From positions 25,858 to 89,857 of the forward strand of contig CAZWIJ010000006.1 in NCBI GenBank assembly GCA_964633865.1: a DNA stretch of 64,000 nt, written 5' to 3'. The position numbers and the translations under genes are program-made. Numbering within the stretch: position 1 is the first letter of the stretch; each line of letters begins with the position of its first letter. The notes under the pieces were generated by a model that was given only the letters and a program-made list of their open reading frames with translations, ran no database searches and was not told the DNA's origin. This document shows, piece after piece, positions 1-10,081 of this stretch. Source of the DNA: an uncultured Candidatus Saccharibacteria bacterium. Lineage in GTDB: Bacteria; Patescibacteriota; Minisyncoccia; SW-4-49-11.

Positions 1-78
1 TTGAGTCAGATTATAGATTTATTAAAAAGAGAATCTATAAGAGAGCTCCTAGATTCTTTTGATGGTCATAATATATAA
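1..78 (+). CDS. 3' end of an upstream CDS (partial, product unknown)
   Basis: Open frame from window edge to TAA at 76-78; no homology recognisable from 25 aa. Confidence 0.2.
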   Translation: MSQIIDLLKRESIRELLDSFDGHNI

Positions 79-238
79 ATATCTTTATATAAATTAATTA
101 TAAATCTGGATGATATAATCTGGATTTTTTTATTTTTATTGGAATGGAGTTTTAAATTTTGTATTGTCTAAATTTAGATAAATATGATATACTAAAAGAG
201 TAGAAATATATAAATTACTGAATAAAAATACATTAAAT

Positions 239-1621
239 ATGATAAAAATACATTTTTGTGGAGGAGCTGAATTTGTTACAGGTGCTAATTATCTTGTAGA
301 TACAGGTACAATCAAATTTATAGTTGAATGTGGTATGATTCAAGGTAGTAGCGAAGCAGATGATTTGAATTATGAGTCTTTTCCATATGATCCATCCGAA
401 GTTTCTTTTATGATAGCAACTCATACTCATATTGATCATATCGGACGAATCCCTAAATTAGTAAAGGATGGATTTAATGGTGAAATTTATTCTACTCATC
501 CTACCAAAGATTTTGCTAATATTTCTATGCAAGATACTGTTTCTATTATGGAGCATGATTATGACAAAAAGCCACTTTATTCTAGAGAAGATGTTTCAAA
601 AGCAATATCTAAATGGAGAGGCAGAGAATATGGAGAAATATATGAAATTGGTAAGGAAGTTTCATTTAGATTTAGAGATGCAGGTCATATTTTGGGATCT
701 GCTATTGTAGAGATGTGGGTATTAGATAATGATACAGGTAAAAGAATAAAAATTGTTTTTTCAGGTGACTTAGGAAATCATCCATCAGTTTTATTAAAAA
801 AATATGAATTTATCAAAGAGGCAGATTATGTTTTGATAGAGTCTGCTTATGGGGATAGAACTCATGAGCAAGTTGATATTAGAAAAGATATTGTGAGACA
901 AGCTGTCAAGGATGTAATAGAAAGGAAATCGGTCTTGCTCGTGCCTACATTTTCAATTGAGAGAACTCAAGATATATTGTATGAGCTAAATGATATTATA
1001 GAGAATCATATTGATAAATATAATAAAATAGATAAATCAGAGCAATTTGATGTTTATTTAGATTCTCCTTTAGGTATCAAAGCAACTAAGATCTATAAAA
1101 AATATACTCAATATTATAATGCAGAAGCAAGAAATTTAGCTAAAGTTGATCAAATTTTTGATTTTCCATATCTAAACTTGTGTGAGAGTAGAGAGGATTC
1201 TATGGCTATAAATCATTCTCCAAATCCAAAAATGATTATGGCTGGATCGGGTATGTCTACTGGAGGAAGGATTCTTTATCATGAAAAACAATATTTGTCT
1301 AATCCAAAAAACATAATGCTATTCGTTGGATATCAAGGTCCAAATACTTTGGGGAGGCAGATTTTGGATGGTAAAGAAAAAGTGTATATCAGAGGAGATT
1401 ATGTTGAGAATAAAATAGAGGTCAGAAAAGTTGATGGATATTCTGGTCATGCTGATCAAACGATGCTTTTGGAGTGGATGTCTAGTATAAAGTCAGTTAA
1501 AAAAGTCTTTGTAGTACAGGGAGAATCAGAATCAGCTAATTATCTTGCTCATAAAATAAAAACATACCTTGATATAGAGGCAATAGTTCCTACTAATAAT
1601 CAAGTTATTGAACTAATATAA
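239..1621 (+). CDS. MBL-fold beta-CASP RNA-metabolising hydrolase (RNase J / CPSF-like)
   Basis: HTHIDHIGR (HxHxDH) metallo-beta-lactamase motif, Gly-rich N-terminus, 460 aa length and C-terminal His motifs typical of beta-CASP family. Confidence 0.6.
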   Translation: MIKIHFCGGAEFVTGANYLVDTGTIKFIVECGMIQGSSEADDLNYESFPYDPSEVSFMIATHTHIDHIGRIPKLVKDGFNGEIYSTHPTKDFANISMQDTVSIMEHDYDKKPLYSREDVSKAISKWRGREYGEIYEIGKEVSFRFRDAGHILGSAIVEMWVLDNDTGKRIKIVFSGDLGNHPSVLLKKYEFIKEADYVLIESAYGDRTHEQVDIRKDIVRQAVKDVIERKSVLLVPTFSIERTQDILYELNDIIENHIDKYNKIDKSEQFDVYLDSPLGIKATKIYKKYTQYYNAEARNLAKVDQIFDFPYLNLCESREDSMAINHSPNPKMIMAGSGMSTGGRILYHEKQYLSNPKNIMLFVGYQGPNTLGRQILDGKEKVYIRGDYVENKIEVRKVDGYSGHADQTMLLEWMSSIKSVKKVFVVQGESESANYLAHKIKTYLDIEAIVPTNNQVIELI

Positions 1622-1626
1622 AATAT

Positions 1627-3426
1627 ATGAAAGATCTTTTTTATCCAAATAGTTTAGCGATAATAGGTGCTTCTGATGATAGACAAAAAGTTAGTACTGT
1701 GATTTTGCATAATATTTTAAAATCTTATTATAAAGGAGATTTATTTCTAGTTAATCCAAACAAAAGAAGAATAGAAGGAATTCCTTGCTTTAATAAAATA
1801 CAAGATTTGCCTACAAGAATAGAAGTTGCTATTATTTGTTTAAGCAAAGATAAAGTTTTGGAATCATTGGAAGAATTAGGGAAAAAAGTTGTAAAATATG
1901 CTATCATAGTTTCGTCAGAATTTAGGGATATAAATGATTTTGATAATAAAGAGATAGATCAAATTAAAGAAATCTCAAAATTATATAATATTAGAGTGAT
2001 TGGTCCAAATTCATTTGGAATTATTAATACAGAATCTAATTCTTATGCTTATAATGGAGCCTATGTGATTGATAATATTATATCGGGTAAGGTCTCTATT
2101 ATCTCACAATCAAGTGGAATAATTTCTTCTTTTTTGAATCAAAGTTTTTACTCTATTAATAAAGCAATTAGTCTTGGAAATACAACAGATATTGAGGTTT
2201 CAGAAGTATTGGAATATTTGATTTTAGATAAGATGACAGAGATTATCTTTATATATATAGAAGATATAAAAGACAATAAAAAGGTAGCTAAACTAATTCA
2301 AAAATCAATTAAACCGATTATAGTTTTGCAAGGATATAATAATGATTCTAATTTTAGAAAAGTTATATTTAGGGAAGCTGGAGCAATTGAAGTAAGTACA
2401 ATTACTGAAGCTAAAAATATCATTAAGTTATTTTCTACAAAAAAAAATATTTCAAAATATGGTCTATCAGTAGTTAGTAATTCTGGAGCAATTACTAAAA
2501 TAATATCTAATAAATTACAAAATGAAAAATATTTTATCAAGACATCCTTACTACAATCCAAAACAAAAGAGCAATTAAAAAGAATTCTTCCTTATAGCGA
2601 TCAGACTCTAAATACAGTGGACTTATCAGATATAGTTAGTATAGATCAATCATATTTAGCTATAGAAACTATTTTATCAGATAAACAAGTTGGAAGTATA
2701 TTATTAGCAATAACTCCAAGTCCAGCAATAGAATTTAAAATTTTACTAAAAGAACTGGTTTTCTTAGTAGAAAAATATTCTCATAAAATTATATTGCCAG
2801 TGTTTTTGGGTAGAGTCGATATGAAATTAATATCCCAATATTTAGTTAAAAATAAGATAGCATATTATCTTGATATGGATTCAGCTTTAAGTTCAATTGA
2901 TTTTTTGTATAGATATAAATATGAAATTAATAATACTAAGTTATGGTCCACACCTACAGTATATATTAAAAAGAGTGTTATTGATGAGATAAAAGAAAAA
3001 ATGATTATTAATAAGGATGAAGAAAATTATTTGACAGCTAAAGTTTTAAATGATATATGTAATGAATTTAATTTAGTTTTGGGATTAAATAAAACAATTA
3101 AAGAAATAGATTTTTATTTGAATTTAAGTATAATTTCAAGAGATAATTTGGGTAAATTCTTGGTAATAAATAACCTAGCATTCAATTTAGAAAATAATAT
3201 TCTAGCAACTATACCTATTAATAAACCAAATATTCAAAAAATATTGAGAAATATACCAAATTATGATATAATTAAGGATAATTATGATATTCAATCCTTG
3301 ATTCATATTATATTTCAATTAAGTTTATTAGCTAACTCTATAAAAGAGATTGATGTGATTACAACTAGAATTATTTTAGAGAAAAAGAATGCTTACATAA
3401 ATTTTATAAAAATTTTAGTTAAATGA
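1627..3426 (+). CDS. CoA-binding acyl-CoA synthetase (ADP/NDP-forming)-like protein
   Basis: N-terminal CoA-binding Rossmann pattern (LAIIGASDD...VNPN...IEG.PC...DLP..IEVAIICL) similar to ADP-forming acetyl-CoA synthetase alpha domain; TGA stop overlaps next start. Confidence 0.4.
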   Translation: MKDLFYPNSLAIIGASDDRQKVSTVILHNILKSYYKGDLFLVNPNKRRIEGIPCFNKIQDLPTRIEVAIICLSKDKVLESLEELGKKVVKYAIIVSSEFRDINDFDNKEIDQIKEISKLYNIRVIGPNSFGIINTESNSYAYNGAYVIDNIISGKVSIISQSSGIISSFLNQSFYSINKAISLGNTTDIEVSEVLEYLILDKMTEIIFIYIEDIKDNKKVAKLIQKSIKPIIVLQGYNNDSNFRKVIFREAGAIEVSTITEAKNIIKLFSTKKNISKYGLSVVSNSGAITKIISNKLQNEKYFIKTSLLQSKTKEQLKRILPYSDQTLNTVDLSDIVSIDQSYLAIETILSDKQVGSILLAITPSPAIEFKILLKELVFLVEKYSHKIILPVFLGRVDMKLISQYLVKNKIAYYLDMDSALSSIDFLYRYKYEINNTKLWSTPTVYIKKSVIDEIKEKMIINKDEENYLTAKVLNDICNEFNLVLGLNKTIKEIDFYLNLSIISRDNLGKFLVINNLAFNLENNILATIPINKPNIQKILRNIPNYDIIKDNYDIQSLIHIIFQLSLLANSIKEIDVITTRIILEKKNAYINFIKILVK

Positions 3427-3788
3427 TAAAGTTGATTTTACAATTTATAATAGCTTTCATTTCGGTATATATTACAGCTTTAATATTACCAAATTTTGAT
3501 TTGAATTTAGCTATAGAATTTGGTAAATTAGAATTTTGGATTGTAGCCCTTAGTATTGGTGGAGGATTATTTTTAATAACAAAAATTATAAGACCAATAA
3601 TGAAAGTTTTGTTATTTCCTCTTATACTATTGAGTTTTGGTATATTTTCTATTATAATAAATATTGTTTTATTAAAATTATATGATATAGTATTTGATGA
3701 AGTAGTTATTCAAGGTATATGGCCTCTTTTATTAGGATCCATATTAATTGGGATAATAAATTCTTTATTCGAATTCTTAATAGACTAA
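3423..3788 (+). CDS. phage-holin-4_2 / YvlD-like small membrane protein
   Basis: 121 aa, four predicted TM segments, sequence pattern typical of Phage_holin_4_2 (DUF360) family. Confidence 0.45.
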   Translation: MIKLILQFIIAFISVYITALILPNFDLNLAIEFGKLEFWIVALSIGGGLFLITKIIRPIMKVLLFPLILLSFGIFSIIINIVLLKLYDIVFDEVVIQGIWPLLLGSILIGIINSLFEFLID

Positions 3789-3792
3789 ATTT

Positions 3793-4008
3793 ATGCAAAA
3801 TTATATATTAATTGCACTGATAGTGATTTCAATTTTATTAATAGTTTCAATTTTATTCCAGCAAATGGGTAGTAGTGCTGGTATTACTTTTGGTGGAGCT
3901 GGTGGAGGATATCATGTAAAAAGAGGTTTGGAAGGAGTTATATTTAGAATTTCAATCGGATTATCTGTTTTACTTGCAATCTTAAGTATAGTTTATATAG
4001 TCTTATAA
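3793..4008 (+). CDS. secG: preprotein translocase subunit SecG
   Basis: 71 aa, two TM helices separated by Gly-rich GGAGGG loop, typical SecG architecture. Confidence 0.55.
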   Translation: MQNYILIALIVISILLIVSILFQQMGSSAGITFGGAGGGYHVKRGLEGVIFRISIGLSVLLAILSIVYIVL

Positions 4009-4048
4009 ATGTATTTTTCAGGTTTAAATTATTATTTAAGGTATTTTT

Positions 4049-5971
4049 ATGAATAAGAAATCTAATAAAAGTATAGATTTAAGGAATTTAGTTCAACCTA
4101 AAAATTTGAGCTCAAATGTAAATATAAAAAAGAAACCTGTAAAACACTCTAAATCAATAGATTTAAGAAATGTTAAAGTAAATAGAGTGTCTCAAAAATC
4201 AGATAAAGTGTCTTCTAATATTATCGAGCCAATAAAAAATATTGTCAGTAATATTCCAGAAAATATACAGCAAAATCAAAAGAGATTGCAGAATTTATTG
4301 CCTATAAAGAAAATTAACTTAAATGTTAAAACTGTTAGGGTTAAAAAATTAATTAAAACATTGATAATTATTGGGTTATCTATTGTTTTTGGAGCAATAC
4401 TTTTAATCTTAATAAATTATTTTTATGCTAATAAGTCTAAAAATATAGATACTCTAATAGAGGGTGTGATTGGTCAGCCTCAATATATTAATCCTATATT
4501 ATCTTTTTCTAATGATATCAATAGTATTGATAAGAATATAGAAACTTTAGTTTATCCAAAATTATTTTCAATTGATAAAGATGGGAATTTAGAAAAAGAT
4601 ATAGTATCAGACTATTCTGTACTAGATAATGGAAAGATTTATAATATAAAGTTAAAAACGGATATCCTTTGGGATGATGGACAGGTTTTAAATGCAGATG
4701 ATATTATTTATACTGTAAATACAATAAAGAATCCTGAATATAAAAGTTCACTTGAATTGTTATTGAGTGGAGTTGTAGTTGAAAAAGTTAATGATTTTGA
4801 GTTAAATTTTAAATTAGAAAATAGCTATTCTCCATTTGTATATAATTTAGCATTTGGAATTTTACCTGAACATGTTTGGGGTAAATATAATCCTCAAGAA
4901 TTTATTTTGGCTCCTGAAAATATTAAAGTGGTTGGAGCTAGTAAATATAAATATTTTGATCATCAAGTAAATAAAGATAAAGATATAGTTTCTTATTCTT
5001 TAGTGGCTAATGAATCTTATAAAGGAAAAATTCCAAATATTAAAAAAATATCATTTGTATTTTATGGAGATGAAGAGCAGAAGATTAGTGATTTTAATGA
5101 AGGAAAAATCAATGCCTTTTCTGATGGCTCAACTGATCCTATACTTAATTTAGAAAATAACTCAGATATTAAAGTTTCAGAGTTAAAATTACCTCAGTAC
5201 TATGGTATATTCTTTAATTTAAAAGAGAAGTTGTTTGAAAGTCCTGAGATTAGAAAAGCAATAAATTTGTCAATTAATAGAGATATATTAGTAAAGAATA
5301 TCTTGAACAATAAGGCTGCAAAAATTGTTAATCCATTAACTCCATTTAATAAATTTTCCATAGAACAAGTTGATCCTTATAATTTGGATGAAGCAAAAAA
5401 AATACTTGATGACTCAAATTGGAAAGATATAGACGGAGATGGAATTAGAGAAAAAGATAATGTTAGAGCTGAATTTAAAATAATCATTGCTAATGGGAAT
5501 AAAATGGATCAAATAGCTTTGGAATTACAAAACCAGTTAAAAGAAGTTGGTATATCTATGCAATATGAAATATTTTCTTTTAATGAAATTTCAACCAATT
5601 ATATTAAAGATAGAAAATATCAAGCTATATTAATTGGGCATACTTTAAATATTTATCCTGATCCATATTTATACTGGCATTCATCACAATCACTTTTCCC
5701 AGGTGTTAATTTATCACAATATTCTAGTATTAATACCGATGGACATTTAGAATCAGCTCGTACTAATACAGATGAAAATGTTGTTAGATCAAGTATGATA
5801 CAATTTCAACAACAATTAATGGAAGATAATCCAGCAGTATTTTTATATGCTCCTTATTTTACATACTATACTAGATTACCAATAGATAATGTTGATATAA
5901 ATATAGGAAATACAACTTCAGATAGATTTAATAGTATATCTGACTGGAAAATTAATAATGCAAAAGAGTAA
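4049..5971 (+). CDS. membrane-anchored ABC transporter substrate-binding protein (family 5, Opp/Dpp-like)
   Basis: N-terminal basic repeat region (KSIDLRN x2) + TM helix, then SBP_bac_5-like region (IGQPQYINPI..., YPKLFSIDKDGNLE...). Confidence 0.5.
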   Translation: MNKKSNKSIDLRNLVQPKNLSSNVNIKKKPVKHSKSIDLRNVKVNRVSQKSDKVSSNIIEPIKNIVSNIPENIQQNQKRLQNLLPIKKINLNVKTVRVKKLIKTLIIIGLSIVFGAILLILINYFYANKSKNIDTLIEGVIGQPQYINPILSFSNDINSIDKNIETLVYPKLFSIDKDGNLEKDIVSDYSVLDNGKIYNIKLKTDILWDDGQVLNADDIIYTVNTIKNPEYKSSLELLLSGVVVEKVNDFELNFKLENSYSPFVYNLAFGILPEHVWGKYNPQEFILAPENIKVVGASKYKYFDHQVNKDKDIVSYSLVANESYKGKIPNIKKISFVFYGDEEQKISDFNEGKINAFSDGSTDPILNLENNSDIKVSELKLPQYYGIFFNLKEKLFESPEIRKAINLSINRDILVKNILNNKAAKIVNPLTPFNKFSIEQVDPYNLDEAKKILDDSNWKDIDGDGIREKDNVRAEFKIIIANGNKMDQIALELQNQLKEVGISMQYEIFSFNEISTNYIKDRKYQAILIGHTLNIYPDPYLYWHSSQSLFPGVNLSQYSSINTDGHLESARTNTDENVVRSSMIQFQQQLMEDNPAVFLYAPYFTYYTRLPIDNVDINIGNTTSDRFNSISDWKINNAKE

Positions 5972-6681
5972 TGTCAATCTCTCGATTTTTAAAAACTGGA
6001 GAAGGGAAGAATATTTTATCTAAAGAGGAGATTCATCATATTCAAAAAGTTTTGAGATTAAAATCCGCAGATAAAATAAAAATATTTGACGGTAAAGGTG
6101 AAGAAATCCTTGTAGAGATAATTAATTTTAAGCCATATTTTGATTATAATATTCTTAATACAAGTTCCCAAGAAAATAAATTACCTAGAATAAAATTAAC
6201 TTTAGCTAGTATTAAACCTAAAAATTTAGAATTAATCTTAGAGAAAGTAACAGAATTAGGTGTAGACAAGATTATCATTACTAAGACCAAATATTCTCAA
6301 ATTAGTCTTAATATATTGGAAGAAAAGAAATTAAGATTCCAAAAAATTTTGATAGAAGCTTGCAAACAATCAGGTAATAATTATATTCCAGAATTAGAAT
6401 TTATAGATATGATGAATATCCCAAATCATCTTTCAGATATAAATTATATAGCGACCACACAATATACTAATAATCCAATTTTACTTAAGTCTCCAGAGGG
6501 TAATCTAAAAGAAAAATCATATAATTTATTGATAGGTCCAGAAGGTGGTTTTGAACAGAAAGAATATCAAGATTTGATAAAATATTTTATTCCAGTAACA
6601 TTCTCTAACAATATTCTAAGAGTAGAAACAGCTAGCATCTTAGGAATAGGAATATTAAGTCAAGCAAAGATTCATATATAA
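5971..6681 (+). CDS. rsmE: 16S rRNA (uracil1498-N3)-methyltransferase RsmE
   Basis: 236 aa, C-terminal LLIGPEGGF motif and overall RsmE pattern. Confidence 0.6.
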   Translation: MSISRFLKTGEGKNILSKEEIHHIQKVLRLKSADKIKIFDGKGEEILVEIINFKPYFDYNILNTSSQENKLPRIKLTLASIKPKNLELILEKVTELGVDKIIITKTKYSQISLNILEEKKLRFQKILIEACKQSGNNYIPELEFIDMMNIPNHLSDINYIATTQYTNNPILLKSPEGNLKEKSYNLLIGPEGGFEQKEYQDLIKYFIPVTFSNNILRVETASILGIGILSQAKIHI

Positions 6682-6744
6682 ATTTGGTCTTTAATGCACT
6701 ATCTTGGGTTTGATAATATAAGATTTTTTACTTAGAAATTACTA

Positions 6745-8358
6745 ATGACATTAAATCAAATTTGTAGTATAATATATATTGATAAAAGTATAATAAATAT
6801 ATACATGAATAATAATATATACATGAATAATAAAAAGAGAGGATTTACATTATTAGAGATACTATTAGTAATAGCAGCAATAGGAATAATAGCAAGTATA
6901 GTAATAGTATCAATAAATCCATTAAGACAAATAGGAAAAGCAAGAAATGCATCAAGATATGCAAATATAAATACAATACAGAAAGCATTAGATCAATATA
7001 ATATAAATAATGGAAGATATCCATCAGGAATTACTGGATCATATCAAGAGATATGTGTAGATGGAAATACCACGAATTGTATAGATTTAGAATCAGATTT
7101 GGTCCCAACATATATAGCAGAAATACCAAAAGATCCAGAAGGAGGAGGCTATAAAGTAGCAATAAGTAGAGAAAATAATAAAGTAAGTTTATTAGCAGAT
7201 AAAGCAGATTTAGAACAAGATATATCAATTAACTTAATTTTGTATGCTGTTGGGGAAGTAGATGAAGAGTTTAATTCTAATGGAGGATTTAACTTATCTG
7301 TAGTAGCTATAGAGATACAGGAAGATAATAAAATGTTAGCGGTAGGAGACTTTACAGAATATCAAGGAGTAGGTGCAAATAGGATTATTAGGTTAAATAG
7401 TGACGGTAGTCGAGATGATTCTTTTGATATAGGAGTAGGATTTAATAATATTGTAAGATCAATAAAAATTCAAACTGATGGTAAATATATTGTAGCAGGG
7501 GACTTTACAGAATATCAAGGAGTAAGTGCAAACAGGATCATTAGACTTAATAGTGACGGTAGTCGAGATAACTCCTTTGATATAGGAGTAGGATTTGATA
7601 TTGATATAGGGGTTTCTTATAATAGTTATGTTGCTAAAATTCATATTCAAGATGATGGAAAAATTATTGTGGGGGGAGATTTTACAATATACCAAGGAGT
7701 AAGTGCAAATAGGATCATTAGGCTTAACAGTGATGGGAGTAGAGATAATACTTTTGATATAGGAGTAGGATTTGATAATTGGGTCAGAACAATAGAATCT
7801 CAGAGTGATGGTAAAGTATTGATTGGTGGTTGGTTTTCAGAATATCAAGGAGTAAGTGCAAATAGGATCGTTAGGCTTAACAGTGATGGAAGTCGAGATA
7901 ATACTTTTGATATAGGAGTAGGATTCAATGGTAATTCACTTAGATTTATAAAAATTCAAGCTGATGGTAAATATATTATAGCTGGTGACTTTAGTCAATA
8001 TCAAGGAATAAATGCAAATAGGATGATTAGACTAAATAGTGATGGAAGTCGAGATAATAGCTTTGATGTGGGCCAAGGATTTCCTAATACAGTTAATAAT
8101 GTTATTAGATATGGAAATATTCAAGGTGATGGGAAAATAATTGTTGTAGGAGACTTTACAGAATATCAAGGAGTAAGTACAAATGGAATAGTCAGATTAA
8201 ATAGTGATGGGAGTAGAGATAATAGTTTCGATATAGGTAATGGATTCAATGATAATGTATTAGATTTGAAAGTTAAAAATGATAATAAATTAGTTCTTTC
8301 TGGATCTTTTACAGAGTATAATGGTGTGGTATCAAATAGGATAGTAATATTAAAATAA
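6745..8358 (+). CDS. type IV pilin-like protein fused to 7x delta-60-type beta-propeller repeats
   Basis: KRGFTLLEILLVIAAIGI prepilin N-terminal cleavage/methylation motif; conserved pilin module; then seven ~58-aa repeats GDFTEYQGVSANRIIRLNSDGSRDNSFDIGVGF. Confidence 0.7.
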   Translation: MTLNQICSIIYIDKSIINIYMNNNIYMNNKKRGFTLLEILLVIAAIGIIASIVIVSINPLRQIGKARNASRYANINTIQKALDQYNINNGRYPSGITGSYQEICVDGNTTNCIDLESDLVPTYIAEIPKDPEGGGYKVAISRENNKVSLLADKADLEQDISINLILYAVGEVDEEFNSNGGFNLSVVAIEIQEDNKMLAVGDFTEYQGVGANRIIRLNSDGSRDDSFDIGVGFNNIVRSIKIQTDGKYIVAGDFTEYQGVSANRIIRLNSDGSRDNSFDIGVGFDIDIGVSYNSYVAKIHIQDDGKIIVGGDFTIYQGVSANRIIRLNSDGSRDNTFDIGVGFDNWVRTIESQSDGKVLIGGWFSEYQGVSANRIVRLNSDGSRDNTFDIGVGFNGNSLRFIKIQADGKYIIAGDFSQYQGINANRMIRLNSDGSRDNSFDVGQGFPNTVNNVIRYGNIQGDGKIIVVGDFTEYQGVSTNGIVRLNSDGSRDNSFDIGNGFNDNVLDLKVKNDNKLVLSGSFTEYNGVVSNRIVILK

Positions 8359-8362
8359 ACAA

Positions 8363-9631
8363 ATGGAAAAATTTATAATAGAAGGAGAACAATTTGGTAA
8401 ATCTGGAGAAATAGAAGTATATGGAGCTAAAAATTCAGCAATCAAATTATTACCAGCTAGTATACTGATTTGTGGAGAAGTAGTGCTTCAGAATATACCA
8501 GAAATTGAAGATACAATATATTTAATACAGATACTAGAAAGTCTTGGTGCAAAAGTTACAAAACTAAAAAAACATTCTTATAAGATAGATACCACTAGTA
8601 TCAATAATAATAAAATACCCACTCATCTAGCAATCAAAATGAGAGCCTCATTTCTGTTCATAGCTCCATTATTAGTGAGATTCGGAGAAGTGAGATTCCC
8701 GCATCCAGGAGGAGATTCTATAGGTAGAAGACCAATAGATATGACTTTAGAAATATTAACTTTGATGGGAGTAGAAGTTATAGAAAAAGGCGAAGAATAT
8801 ATCTTTAGAATGAAGCACAAACAACTATCAGCAATAGACTATATCTTTAAATGGATATCACACACCAGTACAGAATTACTAATCATATCAGCAGTACTCG
8901 CAAAAGGAAAAACCACAATCTATAATTCAGCAATGGAACCAGAAGTAACAGCCTTATGCGATATGTTAAGACAGGCTGGAGCTAAAATTACTGGAGATGG
9001 TACGACATATATAGAGATAGAAGGAGTAAAAAAATTAAATTCAGTAGAATATACCAATATTCCAGATAGATTAGAAGCAGGAACTTTCGCAGTATTGGGA
9101 GCTCTGACTAAAAGTGAAATAACAATTACAAATTGTAATCCAGATCATTTGAAAATTTTCTGGAAATTTTTACAAATGATGGGAGTGAAATTTAAGATTG
9201 AAAAAAACACAGTACATATTTTACCTACGAAATCAAGTTACAAAGCTATAGATATTAGAACTCACGAATATCCAGGATTCGTAACCGACTTACAAGCTCC
9301 CATAACTTTACTTTTGACACAAGCAAAAGGAACTGGAATAGTGCAAGAAACCATATTTGATGGTAGACTATATTATACGGATATATTAAATAAAATGGGA
9401 GCCAATATTATAATGTGTGATCCGTACAGAGTAGTAGTAAATGGCAAAACTCAATTATATGGACAAAAAATTGAAAGCCCAGATATTAGAGCAGCCATTA
9501 CATTTTTATTAGCTACATTAATAGCTAAAAATAATAGTGAAATTCATAATATCTATCATATAGATAGAGGTTATGAAAAAATTGAGACTAGATTCCAAAA
9601 ATTAGGTTTCAATATATCCAGAGCAAAATAA
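8363..9631 (+). CDS. murA: UDP-N-acetylglucosamine 1-carboxyvinyltransferase
   Basis: 422 aa, characteristic MurA N-terminus (IEGG..L.GEI.V.GAKNSA..LL.A.IL) and EPSP-synthase-fold length. Confidence 0.8.
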   Translation: MEKFIIEGEQFGKSGEIEVYGAKNSAIKLLPASILICGEVVLQNIPEIEDTIYLIQILESLGAKVTKLKKHSYKIDTTSINNNKIPTHLAIKMRASFLFIAPLLVRFGEVRFPHPGGDSIGRRPIDMTLEILTLMGVEVIEKGEEYIFRMKHKQLSAIDYIFKWISHTSTELLIISAVLAKGKTTIYNSAMEPEVTALCDMLRQAGAKITGDGTTYIEIEGVKKLNSVEYTNIPDRLEAGTFAVLGALTKSEITITNCNPDHLKIFWKFLQMMGVKFKIEKNTVHILPTKSSYKAIDIRTHEYPGFVTDLQAPITLLLTQAKGTGIVQETIFDGRLYYTDILNKMGANIIMCDPYRVVVNGKTQLYGQKIESPDIRAAITFLLATLIAKNNSEIHNIYHIDRGYEKIETRFQKLGFNISRAK

Positions 9632-9655
9632 TAATAATCAATTAAATTTAAAATT

Positions 9656-9895
9656 ATGTTAGAATTATACCAAATCATAGAATGTCCATTTTGTCAGAAA
9701 GTTAGAATGAAGTTAGATGAACTCGGCTTAGATTATATTTGCAGAACAGCTCCAAGAGGAAGTAATCAAAGAGAATTAATGGTGAAATTAGGAGGAAAAG
9801 AGCAAGTACCATTTTTAGTATATCAAGCTAAAAATATTGCTATGTATGAGTCAAGTGATATTATAAAATATTTGGAAGAGAATTATAAAAAATAA
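9656..9895 (+). CDS. glutaredoxin-family protein
   Basis: 79 aa with CPFCQKV active-site motif and thioredoxin-fold length. Confidence 0.5.
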   Translation: MLELYQIIECPFCQKVRMKLDELGLDYICRTAPRGSNQRELMVKLGGKEQVPFLVYQAKNIAMYESSDIIKYLEENYKK

Positions 9896-9923
9896 TTAAT
9901 CTAAAAAATAATATAATGAAGAA

Positions 9924-9948
9924 GAATAGGTAATCTATTCTTTTTTTG
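9924..9948 (+). terminator. rho-independent terminator (gaatag-N6-ctattc + T7)
   Basis: Hairpin followed by TTTTTTT directly after grx-like stop. Confidence 0.5.
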
Positions 9949-10081
9949 TTTATAAAATTATACTAATATTATTCATCTAAAATTTTTATTATAAAATTAA
10001 ACAAGTATGATATAATAAAGATATTAGATAAAAATCTAATAAAGAATAATAAGAAAGAACATAAGAATAAGTAAATATATT

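Noticed and set aside
468-710. 80-aa plus-strand ORF nested out of frame inside the MBL beta-CASP gene, plus the nested antisense ORFs 233-439, 2298-2561, 8623-8820, 11434-11808, 27171-27608, 29297-29585, 44405-45040, 49360-49560, 51486-52281, 57001-57852 and 61331-61567
   Set aside because: They are fully contained within well-supported genes, in alternative frames or on the opposite strand, with low-complexity translations typical of AT-rich DNA.
7255-8358. Regularly spaced ~174-nt direct repeats that might suggest a CRISPR-like array
   Set aside because: The repeats are in-frame protein repeats (propeller blades) inside a long ORF. The units are ~174 nt with no short, conserved repeat/spacer alternation, so this is not CRISPR.
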